DNA of 64,000 nucleotides, taken from assembly GCA_043228905.1 (NCBI GenBank), contig JBHGNT010000018.1, forward strand, positions 15,810,001 through 15,874,000, read 5' to 3'. This stretch comes from Azolla caroliniana (Eukaryota > Plantae > Polypodiophyta). This document shows, piece after piece, positions 57,136 through 64,000 of this stretch (position 1 is its first letter; each line of letters begins with the position of its first letter). The translations under genes were made by a program, and so were the position numbers. The notes beneath the pieces were generated by a model, which saw only the letters and a program-made list of their open reading frames with translations, was not told the origin of the DNA and searched no databases.

Positions 57136-58231
57136 TGATTGTGGTAACCTCTTTCTTTGTGTTGACAAGGAGAAAGATGATGATGGAATTGTCAATGTGT
57201 GTGTGGGTGTGTCTAGGAGTGTGAGGTTTTTCCTACCGACTAGCGGGGGTTTTACTCACATAGTTTGTTTCTTTTTATTATATCTCTCTCATTTTCTATA
57301 GCCAAGAGATTGGCGAGAGAGCTTTTGTTTGTTAAGTACTGCCAATAAGTGCTTCGCCATAAATGGCTTAGCCTCTAACAAGGGGGAGGGCTAAATGTGA
57401 AAGTGTTTTTAGAATCTAAGCCATTGAACATTAGGAGAATATAAAGTATAGATAATTCACCTTTTGAGGATAAGAACACGAACTAAGACCTTAGGGAAGA
57501 AGTCAAAAGTAAAAGTACGAGACCAAGAGAAAAGTAAAAAGAGAAAACGCAGACTATAAAAAACAGTAAAAATAGAATGGTCATAACTCCCTCGTTGTTT
57601 ATCCAAATATCACGTTTAAATATGGATTAGAAAGCTTGTAAAAAGAGCTTTCTATAGCTTTTTAAATCGCTTAATTTGGATTTCGGATGAGGGAGATATG
57701 ACGATTAGAAGGTTGATGTGTCATAGCTAAAAATAGGGAGATAAAAAGCTTCTAAAAATAGCATGAACGTGGATAAGAAGAGGCAGGTTATAAAAGAAGA
57801 AGTAATATTAGTGAGAAGGGGGGCTAAGAGTGAAGGCCAAAGAGTGGATGAGGAGTGTTAGGAAGAAGTGTCTTTGTGGAAGAGGAAGTGTCTTAGAAGA
57901 GGAAGGTCTTTGGTTTTAGTTCAATGTGGAGTTTGTCTCCTTTGTATTCTCTTGATGTTGGAATATCAGAACATTCTTATTTCTTGCTCGCTTTCTCTAT
58001 CTTTTTTCTTAGTTTCTTGAGTTATACTCTCCAATCATAATTACCTAGAGCTATATAATATATTATGATTTTCAACTCCATCTAATCGGTTTGGTCAAGC
58101 CCTCATATAGTGTATAACTATCTATTATCTTATACACCCTATCATTTTGGCGCTCCAGGGAGGGTCGATCCTTTCCGTATAGGAAGAGAAGTTATCATTT
58201 AATTGTGTTACTATATTACATTAACTTAGCT

Positions 58232-60325
58232 ATGCAATTTGCATTTTCGGGTGAAAGAACACAAGATGCTGGTGCCTTTTTGGCATGCTTTGAGCATCAT
58301 GCCATATCTATTGGACGCATCACCGACAACGAAAAGTTGCCCTTGTTGGTAGCTACATTCTATGGTCGTGCTCGAGATTGGTATGACTCTCTTCCGCAAA
58401 ATGAACAAGGAGAATATCAATTATTGGTGCATCAATTTCGTACAAGATATATTCAATGGAAAAGTGCAACTGAGGTAAGGGAGGAGCTTTTTCAACTAAA
58501 GATGGAATCACCTTTTGGTTTTTTAGAGTATGAACGAAATTTCCAAGAATTGTGGACGACGTGGATTCGTCTTCGTGGTGGCACCGAAGACGAGTGGTTT
58601 AAGATAGAACAATTTAAGGTGGGCCTTGATATGCATTTCCGTTTGGAGGCAAGCTTGAAGGATCCAACGACTTTTCAAGCTCTTCTCCAAGTTTGTCAAG
58701 ATTATGATCGACAAGTGAAGATGATGAGTTCCATGGGGGATCCCCAAATGACGGCTTTGGGTGCAAATTTGATGCCTCGTGCCAACTTTCAAGCCTTATC
58801 TTCAATTGTGCATGGTGGACAAGTGTTTCCAAATGTGTATACCACCACAACAATAAGTATATCTCAAGAAGTGGAACAAGTGAAGAGTGAACAAGATACA
58901 ATGGCGTTGGTGAATCGGCGCTTTGATGAAGTGATGGCCCACTTGCAACAATCCCAAGCAATTCGCAACACTATTCCCGATGGTGGTGGCTCTAGAGGGC
59001 ATCACGGTGTAATTTGTTATTCTTGTCAAGAGGAGGGACCCATCTCAACAAGATGTCCTCATCGACAACAAAGAGGTATGGAAAGAGACATGTATGAAGT
59101 GCAACGGAATGGACAACGACCTATCAACAATGGAGTCGAAGGAGGCGAATCCATAACACTTCCAATGACTCAGGTTCCTACAATTCCTCATAATGTGAAT
59201 CTTCTTAATTTTATTGATGATAGTGATAGTGCTTGTGAAGTAGCTCTTGTGAAAAGGACAAGAGCCTCGCAAAAGGAGAAAGAAGTTGAAGGAGAATCTA
59301 GTGACTCAAGACAAAAGAAGAAGTCTAAGGAGAATGAGAAAGAGGACAAATTGAGAAGGAGACACTCTAGAAGGAAGATAAAGATGGAGGATATTCCTAT
59401 GGGAGAAGGTGTAGAATCTTTCAATCGGAAGCATGAATTGATATCGAGTGGACCAAGGATAACATGGCCGCAACTTCTCCAATTATCATCCACATTACAA
59501 AATGAGTGGGGGAGGCTTGTGAGTATTTGCCAAAGTCAAAAGACCGTGCATTACGTGGGGATCATGCGAGTAGAAGATCGAAAGGACATACGTCCAATCA
59601 TCCCTGTCTCCATCAAAGGGGTTCACATCAAAGATGCCTTGGGTGATAGTGGTGCTAGGGTAAGCTTGATTTCTGAATTTGTAGTAAACAAAGTAGGAAT
59701 TCCTATTAGTAGGTCATCTTCAACAAGGGTGGTTGTAGTAGATAGTGGAGTGGTGCATTGCACAAGCATAGTGGAGGATGTGTTCATCAAGTGTTTTGGA
59801 ATAAGAGGAGAAGCTTGCAACAAATACCACATCAACTTGAAGGAAAGTGTATCAATTTCCCCAAAGCTTCGGCAATTGAGTGTTGAACAAAAGGAAGAAT
59901 TTATGCAAGAGTTCAACGCATGGTTACAAGAAAGTTCCAATTATAAGATGGAAGATTTGAGGTGTGTGTCACCTATAGTTTTGGTTCCAAAGAAGAATGA
60001 GATCAATTTCAAAGCCTTGAATGATTCGACCAAACGAGATGAATTTTCACTTCCTTCTCGAGATGAGATTGTCGATAAAATGGTGGTTTATACAAAACAA
60101 GGTAGTGTGGACAATATGTTGTGCCAAAAAGGATTTCATGTGGATGATTCAAAGATTAACATAATTACAAAGATGACAATTCCGACAAGTCTTGAAGCTT
60201 TGAAAGTATTTGTGCAAAAGGTGCGCTCGCTCGAAAGATTCATTTATATGTTGACATGCTTACTGCTATCAAGAGTGATGTATCCCATGGCCCTACTAGT
60301 CTTTGGAGCGTTAACGAAGACATAA
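58232..60325 (+). CDS. 697-aa Gag-protease-RT-remnant polyprotein, copy 2
   Basis: Translation identical to copy 1. Confidence 0.88.
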   Translation: MQFAFSGERTQDAGAFLACFEHHAISIGRITDNEKLPLLVATFYGRARDWYDSLPQNEQGEYQLLVHQFRTRYIQWKSATEVREELFQLKMESPFGFLEYERNFQELWTTWIRLRGGTEDEWFKIEQFKVGLDMHFRLEASLKDPTTFQALLQVCQDYDRQVKMMSSMGDPQMTALGANLMPRANFQALSSIVHGGQVFPNVYTTTTISISQEVEQVKSEQDTMALVNRRFDEVMAHLQQSQAIRNTIPDGGGSRGHHGVICYSCQEEGPISTRCPHRQQRGMERDMYEVQRNGQRPINNGVEGGESITLPMTQVPTIPHNVNLLNFIDDSDSACEVALVKRTRASQKEKEVEGESSDSRQKKKSKENEKEDKLRRRHSRRKIKMEDIPMGEGVESFNRKHELISSGPRITWPQLLQLSSTLQNEWGRLVSICQSQKTVHYVGIMRVEDRKDIRPIIPVSIKGVHIKDALGDSGARVSLISEFVVNKVGIPISRSSSTRVVVVDSGVVHCTSIVEDVFIKCFGIRGEACNKYHINLKESVSISPKLRQLSVEQKEEFMQEFNAWLQESSNYKMEDLRCVSPIVLVPKKNEINFKALNDSTKRDEFSLPSRDEIVDKMVVYTKQGSVDNMLCQKGFHVDDSKINIITKMTIPTSLEALKVFVQKVRSLERFIYMLTCLLLSRVMYPMALLVFGALTKT

Positions 60326-61421
60326 TGATTGTGGTAACCTCTTTCTTTGTGTTGACAAGGAGAAAGATGATGATGGAATTGTCAATGTGTGTGTGGGTGT
60401 GTCTAGGAGTGTGAGGTTTTTCCTACCGACTAGCGGGGGTTTTACTCACATAGTTTGTTTCTTTTTATTATATCTCTCTCATTTTCTATAGCCAAGAGAT
60501 TGGCGAGAGAGCTTTTGTTTGTTAAGTACTGCCAATAAGTGCTTCGCCATAAATGGCTTAGCCTCTAACAAGGGGGAGGGCTAAATGTGAAAGTGTTTTT
60601 AGAATCTAAGCCATTGAACATTAGGAGAATATAAAGTATAGATAATTCACCTTTTGAGGATAAGAACACGAACTAAGACCTTAGGGAAGAAGTCAAAAGT
60701 AAAAGTACGAGACCAAGAGAAAAGTAAAAAGAGAAAACGCAGACTATAAAAAACAGTAAAAATAGAATGGTCATAACTCCCTCGTTGTTTATCCAAATAT
60801 CACGTTTAAATATGGATTAGAAAGCTTGTAAAAAGAGCTTTCTATAGCTTTTAAAATCGCTTAATTTGGATTTCGGATGAGGGAGATATGACGATTAGAA
60901 GGTTGATGTGTCATAGCTAAAAATAGGGAGATAAAAAGCTTCTAAAAATAGCATGAACGTGGATAAGAAGAGGCAGGTTATAAAAGAAGAAGTAATATTA
61001 GTGAGAAGGGGGGCTAAGAGTGAAGGCCAAAGAGTGGATGAGGAGTGTTAGGAAGAAGTGTCTTTGTGGAAGAGGAAGTGTCTTAGAAGAGGAAGGTCTT
61101 TGGTTTTAGTTCAATGTGGAGTTTGTCTCCTTTGTATTCTCTTGATGTTGGAATATCAGAACATTCTTATTTCTTGCTCGCTTTCTCTATCTTTTTTCTT
61201 AGTTTCTTGAGTTATACTCTCCAATCATAATTACCTAGAGCTATATAATATATTATGATTTTCAACTCCATCTAATCGGTTTGGTCAAGCCCTCATATAG
61301 TGTATAACTATCTATTATCTTATACACCCTATCATTTTGGCGCTCCAGGGAGGGTCGATCCTTTCCGTATAGGAAGAGAAGTTATCATTTAATTGTGTTA
61401 CTATATTACATTAACTTAGCT

Positions 61422-63515
61422 ATGCAATTTGCATTTTCGGGTGAAAGAACACAAGATGCTGGTGCCTTTTTGGCATGCTTTGAGCATCATGCCATATCTA
61501 TTGGACGCATCACCGACAACGAAAAGTTGCCCTTGTTGGTAGCTACATTCTATGGTCGTGCTCGAGATTGGTATGACTCTCTTCCGCAAAATGAACAAGG
61601 AGAATATCAATTATTGGTGCATCAATTTCGTACAAGATATATTCAATGGAAAAGTGCAACTGAGGTAAGGGAGGAGCTTTTTCAACTAAAGATGGAATCA
61701 CCTTTTGGTTTTTTAGAGTATGAACGAAATTTCCAAGAATTGTGGACGACGTGGATTCGTCTTCGTGGTGGCACCGAAGACGAGTGGTTTAAGATAGAAC
61801 AATTTAAGGTGGGCCTTGATATGCATTTCCGTTTGGAGGCAAGCTTGAAGGATCCAACGACTTTTCAAGCTCTTCTCCAAGTTTGTCAAGATTATGATCG
61901 ACAAGTGAAGATGATGAGTTCCATGGGGGATCCCCAAATGACGGCTTTGGGTGCAAATTTGATGCCTCGTGCCAACTTTCAAGCCTTATCTTCAATTGTG
62001 CATGGTGGACAAGTGTTTCCAAATGTGTATACCACCACAACAATAAGTATATCTCAAGAAGTGGAACAAGTGAAGAGTGAACAAGATACAATGGCGTTGG
62101 TGAATCGGCGCTTTGATGAAGTGATGGCCCACTTGCAACAATCCCAAGCAATTCGCAACACTATTCCCGATGGTGGTGGCTCTAGAGGGCATCACGGTGT
62201 AATTTGTTATTCTTGTCAAGAGGAGGGACCCATCTCAACAAGATGTCCTCATCGACAACAAAGAGGTATGGAAAGAGACATGTATGAAGTGCAACGGAAT
62301 GGACAACGACCTATCAACAATGGAGTCGAAGGAGGCGAATCCATAACACTTCCAATGACTCAGGTTCCTACAATTCCTCATAATGTGAATCTTCTTAATT
62401 TTATTGATGATAGTGATAGTGCTTGTGAAGTAGCTCTTGTGAAAAGGACAAGAGCCTCGCAAAAGGAGAAAGAAGTTGAAGGAGAATCTAGTGACTCAAG
62501 ACAAAAGAAGAAGTCTAAGGAGAATGAGAAAGAGGACAAATTGAGAAGGAGACACTCTAGAAGGAAGATAAAGATGGAGGATATTCCTATGGGAGAAGGT
62601 GTAGAATCTTTCAATCGGAAGCATGAATTGATATCGAGTGGACCAAGGATAACATGGCCGCAACTTCTCCAATTATCATCCACATTACAAAATGAGTGGG
62701 GGAGGCTTGTGAGTATTTGCCAAAGTCAAAAGACCGTGCATTACGTGGGGATCATGCGAGTAGAAGATCGAAAGGACATACGTCCAATCATCCCTGTCTC
62801 CATCAAAGGGGTTCACATCAAAGATGCCTTGGGTGATAGTGGTGCTAGGGTAAGCTTGATTTCTGAATTTGTAGTAAACAAAGTAGGAATTCCTATTAGT
62901 AGGTCATCTTCAACAAGGGTGGTTGTAGTAGATAGTGGAGTGGTGCATTGCACAAGCATAGTGGAGGATGTGTTCATCAAGTGTTTTGGAATAAGAGGAG
63001 AAGCTTGCAACAAATACCACATCAACTTGAAGGAAAGTGTATCAATTTCCCCAAAGCTTCGGCAATTGAGTGTTGAACAAAAGGAAGAATTTATGCAAGA
63101 GTTCAACGCATGGTTACAAGAAAGTTCCAATTATAAGATGGAAGATTTGAGGTGTGTGTCACCTATAGTTTTGGTTCCAAAGAAGAATGAGATCAATTTC
63201 AAAGCCTTGAATGATTCGACCAAACGAGATGAATTTTCACTTCCTTCTCGAGATGAGATTGTCGATAAAATGGTGGTTTATACAAAACAAGGTAGTGTGG
63301 ACAATATGTTGTGCCAAAAAGGATTTCATGTGGATGATTCAAAGATTAACATAATTACAAAGATGACAATTCCGACAAGTCTTGAAGCTTTGAAAGTATT
63401 TGTGCAAAAGGTGCGCTCGCTCGAAAGATTCATTTATATGTTGACATGCTTACTGCTATCAAGAGTGATGTATCCCATGGCCCTACTAGTCTTTGGAGCG
63501 TTAACGAAGACATAA
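61422..63515 (+). CDS. 697-aa Gag-protease-RT-remnant polyprotein, copy 3
   Basis: Translation identical to copy 1. Confidence 0.88.
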   Translation: MQFAFSGERTQDAGAFLACFEHHAISIGRITDNEKLPLLVATFYGRARDWYDSLPQNEQGEYQLLVHQFRTRYIQWKSATEVREELFQLKMESPFGFLEYERNFQELWTTWIRLRGGTEDEWFKIEQFKVGLDMHFRLEASLKDPTTFQALLQVCQDYDRQVKMMSSMGDPQMTALGANLMPRANFQALSSIVHGGQVFPNVYTTTTISISQEVEQVKSEQDTMALVNRRFDEVMAHLQQSQAIRNTIPDGGGSRGHHGVICYSCQEEGPISTRCPHRQQRGMERDMYEVQRNGQRPINNGVEGGESITLPMTQVPTIPHNVNLLNFIDDSDSACEVALVKRTRASQKEKEVEGESSDSRQKKKSKENEKEDKLRRRHSRRKIKMEDIPMGEGVESFNRKHELISSGPRITWPQLLQLSSTLQNEWGRLVSICQSQKTVHYVGIMRVEDRKDIRPIIPVSIKGVHIKDALGDSGARVSLISEFVVNKVGIPISRSSSTRVVVVDSGVVHCTSIVEDVFIKCFGIRGEACNKYHINLKESVSISPKLRQLSVEQKEEFMQEFNAWLQESSNYKMEDLRCVSPIVLVPKKNEINFKALNDSTKRDEFSLPSRDEIVDKMVVYTKQGSVDNMLCQKGFHVDDSKINIITKMTIPTSLEALKVFVQKVRSLERFIYMLTCLLLSRVMYPMALLVFGALTKT

Positions 63516-64000
63516 TGATTGTGGTAACCTCTTTCTTTGTGTTGACAAGGAGAAAGATGATGATGGAATTGTCAATGTGTGTGTGGGTGTGTCTAGGAGT
63601 GTGAGGTTTTTCCTACCGACTAGCGGGGGTTTTACTCACATAGTTTGTTTCTTTTTATTATATCTCTCTCATTTTCTATAGCCAAGAGATTGGCGAGAGA
63701 GCTTTTGTTTGTTAAGTACTGCCAATAAGTGCTTCGCCATAAATGGCTTAGCCTCTAACAAGGGGGAGGGCTAAATGTGAAAGTGTTTTTAGAATCTAAG
63801 CCATTGAACATTAGGAGAATATAAAGTATAGATAATTCACCTTTTGAGGATAAGAACACGAACTAAGACCTTAGGGAAGAAGTCAAAAGTAAAAGTACGA
63901 GACCAAGAGAAAAGTAAAAAGAGAAAACGCAGACTATAAAAAACAGTAAAAATAGAATGGTCATAACTCCCTCGTTGTTTATCCAAATATCACGTTTAAA

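Larger units (their letters stand above)
54206..64000 (+). mobile_element. Tandem array of LTR-sharing non-autonomous Gypsy units, period 3190 bp (3 full units plus start of a 4th LTR)
   Basis: LTR starts TGTGAAAG at 54206, 57396, 60586 and 63776. Each 749-bp LTR ends CTATCA and is followed by a PBS; each internal region ends in the PPT AAGGGGGAGGG. Supplied ORF translations are identical with a 3190 offset. Confidence 0.97.

Overview
Plant nuclear heterochromatin made almost entirely of nested retrotransposons. A non-seed plant, probably a fern, is inferred from Tcn1-like chromoviruses, Phygy-like Gypsy RT motifs and a PLS-PPR relic; no intact host gene is visible. Element labels are mine. 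Ty1/copia: a Tork/Tto1-like family (A, B, M) and a second family with a double PPT and a charged pol tail (F, D, G). Ty3/gypsy: self-priming chromoviruses (K, I, H), tRNA-Trp-primed non-chromoviruses (C, E) and an Athila-like pol relic. Also present are a decayed LINE and a degenerate satellite. Most notable: (1) a non-coding LTR family (J, L) with a tRNA-Arg-like CCA-end motif at BOTH inner LTR borders, in opposite orientations, and no PPT next to either LTR; (2) a head-to-tail array of at least three near-identical 3190-bp LTR-sharing units, each with an open 697-aa Gag ORF fused in frame to truncated protease and RT remnants; (3) a three-LTR Copia explained by self-insertion plus recombination, with (AGGGTTT)3 telomeric filler; (4) covarying self-primer/PBS pairs and antisense tRNA-like A/B boxes in chromovirus LTRs; (5) three independent insertions within about 15 nt upstream of RT YxDD codons. 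Coordinates were read by eye; lineage and tRNA assignments come from recalled family knowledge, not from searches.
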